64,000 bases of DNA from Leptogorgia sarmentosa (lineage: Eukaryota), in NCBI GenBank assembly GCA_964658305.1, contig OZ210885.1, forward strand, positions 7,378,001-7,442,000. Reading direction: 5' to 3'. The stretch's first letter is position 1. Every line of letters begins with the position of its first letter. A program made the translations under genes and the position numbers. The notes beneath the pieces were generated by a model. The model saw only the letters and a program-made list of their open reading frames with translations. It was not told where the DNA came from and searched no databases. Below, one piece after another: positions 39,596-50,447 of this stretch.

Positions 39596-42119
39596 TCAAG
39601 CATACTTGACCTTCAAAGTCATTGAGATTAGCTATTGCGCGCAAAGACGCGTTGAGACAGATATTTGCCAGATGTAATGTTTTAGCTTGCCACTCAAGTG
39701 ATATGCATGTAGTGAGGATTTAACTTGAAAAATACGTTGATCAAGATCTGCGTATGAAATTTGTTTCACATTAAGTTAGGATGAGTAAACAAGAAAGTGG
39801 TTTCCATTTGACAAATAAAATTGTATGGCATTAGAAAATGTGAATAACTAATTAATACGACCTATCAAGATGGATTGCAATTTAGTGTGTTTACTCATGG
39901 GTTCACCACGCTTTCTTCTTCTCAATTAAATTCATAGAAGATCATTATTATGGAACAAAAATCTTTACGCTTTTATGTTTCGTACTTTTCCACGGTAAAG
40001 ACTGTACGTTATGACACGAAACGATATTTGCTGTATTAAAAATATTTCGATCGAAATGTAACATTCCTAGCTTGACTCGGCCAATGCGATTACTGCGGAA
40101 TGCAGACTGCGTGTACTCGCGGATATTTTCCTATGCCTTTGCAATATAGAGTAGAATACAGACTCTTTAAAAATATCATACGAGAAATTCGAACTATTTT
40201 CTACAAGCGCAGCAGAGCCGATGGCCCAGAGTGGGCTGTAGCTTCCTCAATTTTTTGCTGGGTTATAATATGCTAACAAGAATATAGGAAGACTGTATAA
40301 TCCACGCTTACAAATCGAAGGGATTACCGATCAAGAATGCCACACAAAATTGCTTATGCTGAGCAGGTTTCGCGTTATATTTTGCACGATACTATCTATA
40401 CTGATCCGCAGTGAATGTGCAGAAATTAAAAATCATATTCTGGTATATCAGATGAAGTTTAAGTTGTATGCTGTAGACAGGTGTAGTTAGGATAAAAATT
40501 TAGAGATTGTAATGAGGGTAGTATCGCATAGCTCTTGGCTACCAGACTGTGATTAATCTCCAATTTGATTTTGAACCTCCAAGATTATATTTTAGAGCAG
40601 AGGTCTTAGTGAAATGTGGGCAACTGTGATGTGCTTAGTGAAATAAAGGCAGCAAAAGTCATAACTCTACCTGGATTTCACAAACTCGATTAATGTGGAA
40701 TGCAGACTGTATGTGCTTGCGATTAGTTTTTGAAATATAGTAAAAAACCCTGAAATAAACCTTGGATAAATATGGGAGATTTTCAAATGCAATGTTAAAG
40801 GTGACAGTTTTACGTGATGTTATGCATTTACATGATTTTATAGCTGGGACACGACAAGACAGGGGTGCGTTCTAATTGCATATATTTATTGAAATCTAAT
40901 ACGTCTTGAATATTATAAATATAAGTTGCAACTAAAATCCTCACACAACGTGTAACCTCATGCCTACGATACTTTGAGCATGTCGGCATTGGCATATTTG
41001 TACATGCTTGGACTGTCGGCAGTGTCATAGTGATCACGCAATATATGCAAATGTTTTGACGCCTCGTTATACAGAATTGTTGAAACATTCAACACCAGGA
41101 AATCAGGAGAATACCTTGTATTTTGTATTTTGTAATAAAACCAGTTTGTGCAATTTAGATGAGCGTGAAACAAAACAAAGGAAATCTTATATAGTCTAAA
41201 GTATCCTGTTTTGTATCTACGCGTATACGGATCATATATATTAGCGTCTTCTACGCCAATGTTGCGTGAATGAACAGAATATGGTGTATATAATATGGTT
41301 TTAAGTACATACAAAAGGTAATCTAGGTCCGTGGAAAGCCACATTTTTCACAAACAATCGCAAAGCGCTGTCGCTATTGTACAGACGCAATAACATAAAA
41401 ATTAATGTGTTATCATATGTCGTCATGTTTCGAGTCTTATGCAATTTGATATGGTCGCGCGAATTCTAGAATGCGAGGTAGTCACGAAACTTATATCATG
41501 TACTGAAAAACTGTAACTAGGACAACCTCAAGTTTTATGAATCGGTATTTGCGCAATTTGCCTATTTCATAGCCATTATATAATTTTATAAGTAAGCTGG
41601 GCGCAGTACATGTTGCGTTGTGTACCTATTTTTTATTAGCTATGTCCAAAAATGTTTTGAAATGAACCATTTAATTGCAAGGACAGCACTTAATAACATA
41701 GGGTCAGGCTACCTCGGGGTTCGTAAACTGTTCGGAACGTGCGGCGATCGTCCCCCGATCACCCTCGACATTACCTAATGCATTGAGTATTAAAATATTC
41801 AAATTAAATATTATTCCGAAGATAATTACCGAGGAACACCCGAGCGTCAAAGTAGCCTGACCCTATGTTATTAAGTGCTCTCCTCAATGCAATTGATAAT
41901 TATGGGAGGCGTATACTTGTGTAGTAGAAATAGATATCATGGTCAACAGTGAGGAATCTGCCATGTCATAGCCTAAAGATTAATTTCCGCTTTCGTTTTG
42001 AAACTCAAAGGAGATTATATTCGGGAACAGAAGTGTTTGCCTGCACAATATAATATTAATATAGTACAATTGGTGATTCAAATGGCGTAAATTTGGAGTT
42101 TCATTTGACGGACAAGTAG

Positions 42120-42372
42120 CATAGGCAGCCCAGTGATCTGGGGTTTTATTATGTTAACTAAGGTTGAATAGGGCTATTTCATCATCCTTAGTGGTTTATA
42201 TGCGTGCGCCGACAATACGGTCACTCGCGTATGTAATTAATATTATAACTATTTATTACATACGCGAGTGACCGTATTGTCGGCGCACGCATATAAACAA
42301 CTAAGGATGATGAAATAGCCCTATTCAACCTTAGTTAACATAATAAAACCCCAGATCACTGGGCTGCCTATG
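42120..42372. mobile_element. Near-perfect fold-back MITE with 7-bp TSD (P-like), arm B only
   Basis: CATAGGCAGCCCAGTG...CACTGGGCTGCCTATG; arms ~117 bp; TSD CAAGTAG (42113-42119, 42373-42379); empty site in arm A near 19054. Confidence 0.92.
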
Positions 42373-45134
42373 CAAGTAGGGCGAAAATCGATCCACTGGC
42401 ACTGGGGACATTTTATGATTTAGCGACATTTTAAGCCTTACATAGATGTGTTACCGTCATTTTCTCTTTGTATACAATATGGTTATAAAATATGTTTGAC
42501 TTTCACGTCTGATGGTAGTACGATAGAGAAATCGAAGTGACATATTGATAGAAACTAAAGGAAAATTCAAGGAATTTTAAAACTATTTTCCAAGGCATTC
42601 TCATCGCAGGCTGAATTTTAATCTGCCGGAAATTGAAAGGGATTTCCCCTTTTCTCAAGCCATGTTCTGATTACACTCAGAGTTTTAATATTTTAGCCAG
42701 TCTGTGCTTTATTGTAGCAGTGAGTTTCATGTATTTCGTTCTCTGTCAATATAATCGCAATCATACTACATTGACGAATAATTGAAAGTGGGACAGGGAA
42801 TAACCAAGGAGGTGAGTTTGATTTAAATGTCTAGTAAACCAAAGAAATTCCCGTAGGATTTCCCGTCACAGAGCTGCGAAGATGCCGTGTGTTAGGAAAG
42901 CAATATACCCGTTGAAAGGAAAATACGTTAGACATGAACGACACAAATGACGGAACAAATATATTCAATCGTAATAAGTTTACAAATAGGTATAATTTGC
43001 TCGAAATAATGAACGAACTGCGAAGGACCAAAGCCGGAAGCTAAATCTTCATGCTGTACGTTTATATTTTGCCATACATGATTGTATTGATCGCCATTTC
43101 AAGCGTATTTATATCCCTATCAGAATTTATTTGCTGAAAACTCCACCAAAACCTAAAAGTTTTCGCTCTGTTAACACGGAATTTTTCAATACTGATATTA
43201 CTAATGCTAATAGAAATTCCTCATGACAGGATATGGCTTACTAAGCAAGATTTGCTTACAAATATTTATAGCTGCATTTCATATGACAAGGTTACAATCA
43301 TGATTTAATATTAGTGAAATAATATCAGCAATTACGTTGGCTGATAGAAGTCTATCAAAATTCACCTTCTCATTAAACAGGGTGCTCATAACAATATATA
43401 CTGTACACTTTGGTGAATTCAGTGGCTAATTTTGTCCCCTTCATTAATGATTTTTCCTACAGCTTCTCTAAGGCATTCCAACCCATTCCATACAAATTTC
43501 TTGGCAGTGACTAAGCCAAGCTGTGTTCAGACATACATTAATAAATGATATAGAAACTCTAACCCTATCATCATTGACTTTATACTGTAGTACAGCATGC
43601 ATCAAGTTGTATATTGCATCAGTAGTTTGTGACCTAGCTGGTGATTCCTAGCATGGCACATAAGTCCAGAGCATTCCCTGTTACACAGCGCCTTCACTTG
43701 CTCTAAAAATACCACCAAAACCTCTAGCTTTTGCTCTGCTAACCCACATTCTTTCAGTACAATTATATTATGCTTAATATAAATTTATTAAATAGTGAAG
43801 ACAATTCCAATAAGGGATTGGATTAGATTTGACTACATCATTCTGGATTGAGTCAATTTTGATTTTGATTTCAATCTGGAAGGATTGAATTGCTGATTGA
43901 AAATAATGCATTGAATGTGAAATCCTAATTTTATTGCAGAAAGAATATGACTGGGCCTGAAACTGCAAAACAAATCATGCATGTTTTTTGCCCACATGTT
44001 TTCATTCCTTAAATTCCAGTTTGCATGTACATAAACTGTCAAACTAGACACGAGTTTCTTTCTGCCACTTACTGGAAAAATCCCCCCTGCCTCTCGCACA
44101 TTTTACTTTAATTTTCATTGTTAGATTTGTTAGCTTATGATATAAGTTTTATAAACTGTTTGAATCTATAAAACCTGACTGTCAGGAATTGTAACTGTGA
44201 GATTCCAGACCAGCATTCTGACCGACCGAGGTATAGAAGTCACTTGTTGAGTAATAACTTTAAGTTCATGTAGATTTATCTTGTATTTGTGCAGATGGTT
44301 GGTTGTTATTGCTTAGTTGTTATATAATACTGTCCAAACAAAATCAAACTGCCACAGATACTGCCAAAGAACATTGAGTGTTTTAATTATTTCCCATCCC
44401 TGGGGGGGGGGGAGGGGGAGGGAGAAGAAGGGGAGGGGGCACTGATTTTTTAGTTTGGGTCATGTTACAATAAAGTAGACCACAACATTTTGTTGGTCTA
44501 TGAAACATCAATGAAATTGTTGGTTTCTTGTCAAAATTAACACTGGCTCTGCCCCATTTTCTTATCTCCTTATAGAAATGTGATTGGTTCAGCTGTTGAC
44601 ATCATTGAACAACAATACAGAGTGTGAAAAATTTGATTTTCAACCTGAATAAAAGGCTGCCAAATTAGAACATTTAGTTTCCTGAGATTATAAAATAAAT
44701 TAAGGTAAGTTAATTGTCCAGTAACAAACTTCAGAATGTGGTCAGTATTACCAGCGGATAACAGAATCGACAAGCATGAGGTGCTCCTTGATCGAGAATC
44801 AGTGTTGATAGTTAAGGAAAAGTGCACATATTATTTTCATGAGGGTGAACATATTAACATCTTTGTTGTCAATGGTTTTCCAATATGGTTTTTATTTTAG
44901 TCACCTACATATATAGATTACTTAATGCAATTGTATATAACCCCATGTGTCTCTCATCTCCCACAATATTTCCTGACAAAGGGCCCAGTTGTTCAAAATG
45001 TCAAACCTTATTGTGGCATCATTTAATATGTAGATAGGGGGGGGGGGGGGTTGCTGGTTGTCGATAAGTTATTACATCGCACTCAGACACCCAATTTTAT
45101 GGAATTTGATGACTGTCATAGGTGCTGTATTTCT

Positions 45135-45424
45135 ATTATATTCGGTGCTTTTAACATTATATTCGGTGCTTTTGACATTATATTCGGTGCTTTTAACATT
45201 ATATTCGGTGCTTTTAACATTATATTCGGTGCTTTTAACATTATATTCGGTGCTTTTAACATTATATTCGGTGCTTTTAACATTATATTCGGTGCTTTAT
45301 ACATTATATTCGGTGCTTTATACATTATATTCGGTGCTTTATACATTATATTCGGTGCTTTATACATTATGTTGGGTGCATTCGACATTATATTCGGTGA
45401 TAGTGTCTTTATATTCGGTGCTTT
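45135..45424 (+). repeat. 21-bp tandem repeat in the left TIR (~14 units)
   Basis: ATTATATTCGGTGCTTTTAAC and variants. Confidence 0.93.
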
Positions 45425-45637
45425 CTTCTTCATGTGCAAAAACTTTATCTTCAATTTCCTTATCTTGTACCCAGTCTTTCAATTTTGGCGCGGACAGTAA
45501 AATATGTGTTACTAACATGAAGTAATATGCACAGAAGCAATAGAAAATTGCGGGCATCTATAAACAATAAATGGTGGGAAACTAAAGCATGCTTTATTGC
45601 TTTTATACTTTTATAAATGCAGATTTGGAAAATGCAA

Positions 45638-46987
45638 ATGGAAAACATTTTGGAAAAGCTTAATCTCAGTTGTGTTACTGAAAACTTTTTAAGGGAGAAA
45701 ATCACTCCAGATATAGTTTGCCATCTTTCCTCGTTTGAATTCAATCAGTTGGGGATGAACCACGCCAGCGACGTTATGGCTTTGCGAATTGAGTGCACCA
45801 AATACGGGACTGGGAAGCCAACAAGCAGACGTGATGAATTTGGTAATCTTAGATACGAAATCCCAAAGAGCGTGCTTCAAAGCTATCTTCAAGAAGATTT
45901 TAAAATTTCAGAGATCGCAACAATGTTTTCCGTATCAGAGAGTACAATATATCGTAGAATGAGATCATACGGGCTAAGTAAATTAGAGTTTTCTGATATT
46001 TCTGACGAACAGTTAGACACCCACGTGCGGGGTATTGCAAACGATTTTCCATTTTGTGGGGAGATAATGATTAATCATCTTCTCAAGGGGAAAGGTGTTA
46101 AGGTGCAACGGATGAGATTACGCGATTCTATTCATCGAGTAGACGAATGTGGAGTTACAGAGAGAAAGAAAGGTAGATTGCACCGAAGAGTTTATAACGT
46201 CAAAGGTCCGAACCAACTTTGGCATGTGGATACCAACCATAAATTGGTGCGTTGGAATTTCATCATTGTTGGAGGTATTGATGGATTTAGTCGTCTGCCT
46301 GTCATGTTGCAGTGCACAAATAACAACAAGGCTGATACTCTTCTGTCATGTTTTGTTGAAGCTGTTTCTGGCTATGGTCTACCAAGCAGAGTCAGAACAG
46401 ATAAAGGCCTAGAAAATGTTGCTATAGCAGATTACATGATAGAAAAGAGGGGAAGTAATCGTGGTAGCATAATTACAGGACGTAGCACGCACAACCAACG
46501 AATCGAAAGGCTGTGGCGGGATGTATTCCAAGGCGTATTGAGCTATTATTACCATTTATTCTATTTCCTAGAAGACCAGAATTTTCTTGATCCAATTAAT
46601 ATAAAGCATATTGCTGCATTGCATTATGTATATATGGATGAAATTAATACGAAGCTTAAATTATGGCAAAGAGCATGGAGCAATCACCGTATGCGTTCTG
46701 TAAGGTCCAGTCCACTGAGGTTGTGGATTGCAGGTCAAATCCAAAATCCTGTTGGAGTTCAACTTTCAACGGATGAATTACAGTTTTTTGGAGTAGAAGG
46801 GCTTGAAGACAATGACAGAGAGGAAGATGAATCAGATGACCGACCAATTTTTTCACCACCAATTCTCCAACTCACTGATAACTGCATAGCAGAACTCAAC
46901 TCTATTACAGACAGTCAAAGTGACTACAATGTTGGTAAATACATGGTGGCACTTGAAATAATAGAGCAACATACAACTGGAAATTAA
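45638..46987 (+). CDS. SAM-like + HTH + integrase-core (DD34E) transposase, 449 aa, uninterrupted
   Basis: N-terminus MENILEKLNL..F..EKI...LG; HTH KISEIATMFSVSESTIYRRM; WHVDTNHKL, GIDGFSR, RTDKGLEN, HNQRIERLW. Confidence 0.92.
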   Translation: MENILEKLNLSCVTENFLREKITPDIVCHLSSFEFNQLGMNHASDVMALRIECTKYGTGKPTSRRDEFGNLRYEIPKSVLQSYLQEDFKISEIATMFSVSESTIYRRMRSYGLSKLEFSDISDEQLDTHVRGIANDFPFCGEIMINHLLKGKGVKVQRMRLRDSIHRVDECGVTERKKGRLHRRVYNVKGPNQLWHVDTNHKLVRWNFIIVGGIDGFSRLPVMLQCTNNNKADTLLSCFVEAVSGYGLPSRVRTDKGLENVAIADYMIEKRGSNRGSIITGRSTHNQRIERLWRDVFQGVLSYYYHLFYFLEDQNFLDPINIKHIAALHYVYMDEINTKLKLWQRAWSNHRMRSVRSSPLRLWIAGQIQNPVGVQLSTDELQFFGVEGLEDNDREEDESDDRPIFSPPILQLTDNCIAELNSITDSQSDYNVGKYMVALEIIEQHTTGN

Positions 46988-47318
46988 CTAATTTATGCTA
47001 ATTTGAAAATGGATACAGATAGCATCACTGTGGTTTACCTTAAAACTGGAACATAACTGGAATGCAAAAAATAGTGTGATAATGTTTTAACAAAAATGTG
47101 ACCAAATGTTCTTGAATGTTCTGGAATTTTATCTTTACAGCAGCTTTAATTGCCTAATTAAGGATGACATTAGTAACATAACCCCATTAGTAACATAACG
47201 AATTTGAATTGTGATAGTGAGTTACATTTAAGTGTTTTGATTTGCATTTACAGAATAGTTTTCTCACTTCATTGTTTACAAGAATCTACAATTGCTTTAA
47301 TTAATGAAAAAGAAGAAA

Positions 47319-49952
47319 TCATGGATTTCCAAAATATGCATTTAGGAATGCTTCATCAAACATTTCGAAGAGTTTTTCATCACATGGTAGTGGAATAGTT
47401 ATGGATCCATGAGGCAGGGTCAAGACATTTATGCATGTATTTGCTGTAGGCAGAAATGATTTACTATATTCTTGGAATTGAATCGATGGTGAGATTCCAA
47501 ACCCCAGTAGTGGCTCTTCATCTGTCGACGTTGCAAACTGTAGAATGTGACCTAGTGTCACATCTCCTCGACGTCCACCTAGAATGTACAGTGTAGGTAC
47601 TATATAGTATGTTCAATTATTTGTAATTATTCCTATACATACAGATTCTGTTATTTCTGTACATTTAAATTATACATACCAGCAACGTCTTTAACATATT
47701 TGCAGAATCGAGAATAAACAGCACCCTCAAAACGTCTTCTGTTAGACCCATCTGGACTAAACTGCGGTGCTAACAGGGTATGTAGCTTACGTATTGTTAA
47801 TACGGAAGGTGGAGTGTACTTGAAAACATCTTGCATTGATGGCATCTTTATACAAATCTAAAAGAAAGTTTAGTGGAGAGTTGTTTAGTAAACAGCTGTT
47901 CCACATTAATTAGATGAGTATCTCTTCAATTCCTTAGTAGATCTCAGATTCAGTGGCAAAAAAACAATACTCATTTTTATAAAGGAGTTGTACAGTGAAC
48001 CTGGAATATCCCAACTTTCCTAAGACCTTGTCTTAGATTTTCAATACAAGGTGATACGCTCATATTCGTATCAAAAATTGTAGAAACAACATCAGCTTCA
48101 ATAAACTGTGGAAGCTTTCCATTTTGTAAAATGCTGAGGCCTACAAAAATGAAATCAAAGAATAAAATAATTAAAATTCGAAATTTTGTTATGAAAACAA
48201 TTGCATTTAGTGACTGACACCACGTTCATCAATTTTGATGCATTTTGCTTTGAAGAATAAAATCACATGTGAAAAAACATATTTGTCAAAATTGTTGTAT
48301 ACAAATGTTAAACAGGTTGAATGATACTGAAAGCATACCTAATATAGTTCCAACAATTGTATATTCATCACTTAGAAGCTCCCTGAGACCTCTGTCAAAA
48401 TACTTTTCCTTAATGTCCATTAGAATCAGTCGGAAAAATTCCCTTCTAGGTCCACCATAATCCTCAGCTTGCTATAAATATAAGAATTTTTAACATTAGA
48501 AAATAGAAATTATATATTATAAATGTTAAACTTACTAATCCAAAACGTCACATATTGAATGCTTTAAAAAGACAAAAAATCCTTTTTTAACTACTTTACC
48601 TCTCCATAAAATTGGATTTCTAATGTAAGCAAGGGATTCTCTAATGCTCCAATTTCATCCAATGCAGTTTCTAACAAGTTGTTGCGATCCACATGTATAT
48701 AATTTGTCTCCCCTTGTGGGCACTCATCTTCCCTTTCTATATCCAGCCTTCTCCCTTTCAGTATTTTCGACTGTAATGCACGAAGGATTTCTTTGTTGCT
48801 GTCTATATTGGTATTCTTGCACTGCTCTGAAACGTTTCTAACCATGTTATCAAGTTTATCCATATCCATTGGACCGTGCACGTAATCATCTTCTATTACA
48901 ATAGGGCTGTTGATTACATCATTTATATCAGGATTTTCATCGCTGTCTATTGATTGTTGAACAATGTTGATTGATTGTTGTTCAGCACTACTGGTTTGCT
49001 CAAATATTTCCAATGAAGTAGTGGTTAGGTCACTATCATTGTCAATGTCCACATGACCTGCACTGCTAACAGACTGAATTTGTCTTTGCTGCCTGAAATC
49101 AGATTCATCAGATGAATCTGAAGATAAAATGCCTGCTGTACAGGTGTAGAGATGACTACGCAATTCATTCAAAATAAACTCTTGGTTGCAGCCTTTCTTG
49201 CAGTTCTCTTTGACCTGCACATTGATATCAGGCTTAATTGGAGTAGTTGAAAGATTTTTCTGAATTGGTCTAACATATATTTTACACTGACTGCCAACAG
49301 TTGCTTTGAGGCTACTAACAGACCATGGACAATCAATGATGTGTAACTCTCTGCAGTTAGGCAAGCATCGCAACAACTCAAGCCCACCTGACTGACGAAG
49401 TTGAGGGAAGCCAATTGGTTCGCCGTGATCAGCCTTTTCCTCTGACATAATTCTATTAACAACTTCTTGAGCATTGTCACTCGCATCAAATTTGATTTTT
49501 TTCAATCCCAATCCGGCATTGCACAGTATTTCTTTTTCTATCGAATTTGGAATCTTTGTTTGCAGGCGATCAGCCAAACAAATCATTTGAACGGTCCATG
49601 TTCGCCCGCGACTTACCTTCCTTTTCCGTGAAGTTGCAGACGAATGGCGAGGATTGAAAAGCCTGGACCTCTCTGATGCAATCGAGGATAGGGATGGGCC
49701 AGCAGACGAATTTCCAGACAACTCTGTGTCCTCTGAATTCAAGGTACATTGACCCGCAGTACATTGAGTAGACGCAGAATCAGCAGAAGCCCTACACCTC
49801 TGTCGAAGACGAATGCGATCTCCCATGGTGGATACTCCAAGACGTGTGAGTTCTCCATCAGACATTGCAATGACAATTTCTGGCTCAATACGTTCTTCAG
49901 CAAACCGATGTTTAAGTGTTCCAAGGCCGAGTACTTCCAAAATGTTTTCCAT
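47319..49952 (-). CDS. SAM-like + C2HC zinc finger + HECT E3 ubiquitin ligase (G2E3-like HECT), 5 exons, 687 aa
   Basis: Exons 49952-48600, 48471-48339, 48140-48001, 47857-47680, 47578-47319, all GT-AG, totalling 2064 nt in frame; motifs FYGE-QAEDYGGPRREFF, ILQFAT, LPTANTCINVLTLP (catalytic Cys), terminal YFGNP. Confidence 0.9.
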
Positions 49953-50205
49953 TTATATTACAAGTTACAGCATCAAATAAAATTACGCATAAATCATTCT
50001 GCATTTATAAAAGTATAAAAGCAATAAAGCATGCTTTAGGCCTTTAGTTTCCCGCCATTTATTGTTTATAGATGCCCGCAATTTTCTATTGCTTCTGTGC
50101 ATATTACTTCATGTTAGTAACACATATTGTACTGTCCGCGCCAAAATTGGAAGACTGGGTACAAGATAAGGAAATTGAAGATAAAGTTTTTGCACATGAA
50201 GAAGA

Positions 50206-50410
50206 AAGCACCGAATATAAAGACACTATCAACGAATATAATGCCGAATGCACCCAACATAATGTATAAAGCACCGAATATAATGTCGAATGCACCCAAC
50301 ATAATGTATAAAGCACCGAATATAATGTATAAAGCACCGAATATAATGTTAAAAGCACCGAATATAATGTTAAAAGCACCGAATATAATGTTAAAAGCAC
50401 CGAATATAAT
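50206..50410 (-). repeat. 21-bp tandem repeat in the right TIR (~10 units)
   Basis: Reverse complement of the left-TIR array. Confidence 0.93.
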
Positions 50411-50447
50411 AGAAATACAGCACCTATGACAGTCATGGCATTCCATA

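Larger units (their letters stand above)
34170..43380 (-). repeat. Arm B of the inverted duplication, including arm-specific insertions
   Basis: 34170-35245 matches 21276-22319 and 39596-43380 matches 17899-21275 in reverse complement. Confidence 0.92.
45098..50447. mobile_element. IS3EU-like DNA transposon with long TIRs and two convergent genes
   Basis: TAT...ATA termini; TIRs 45098-45623 and 49998-50447; integrase-core DDE gene on plus, HECT gene on minus; no TSD (CAATTT vs TTTTTC). The superfamily name rests on recalled Repbase descriptions. Confidence 0.88.

Noticed and set aside
45135..45424. CRISPR-like appearance of regular repeats, also at 8390-8900, 17400-17560 and 38712-38882
   Set aside because: Head-to-tail tandem units with no unique spacers, no cas genes and a eukaryotic context
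45051..45525. Repetitive ORFs (IIFGAFN, YSVLLTL, KAPNIML)n, and mirrored ones at 50104-50505
   Set aside because: Stop-free translations of the 21-bp TIR tandem repeat in several frames; no evidence they are proteins
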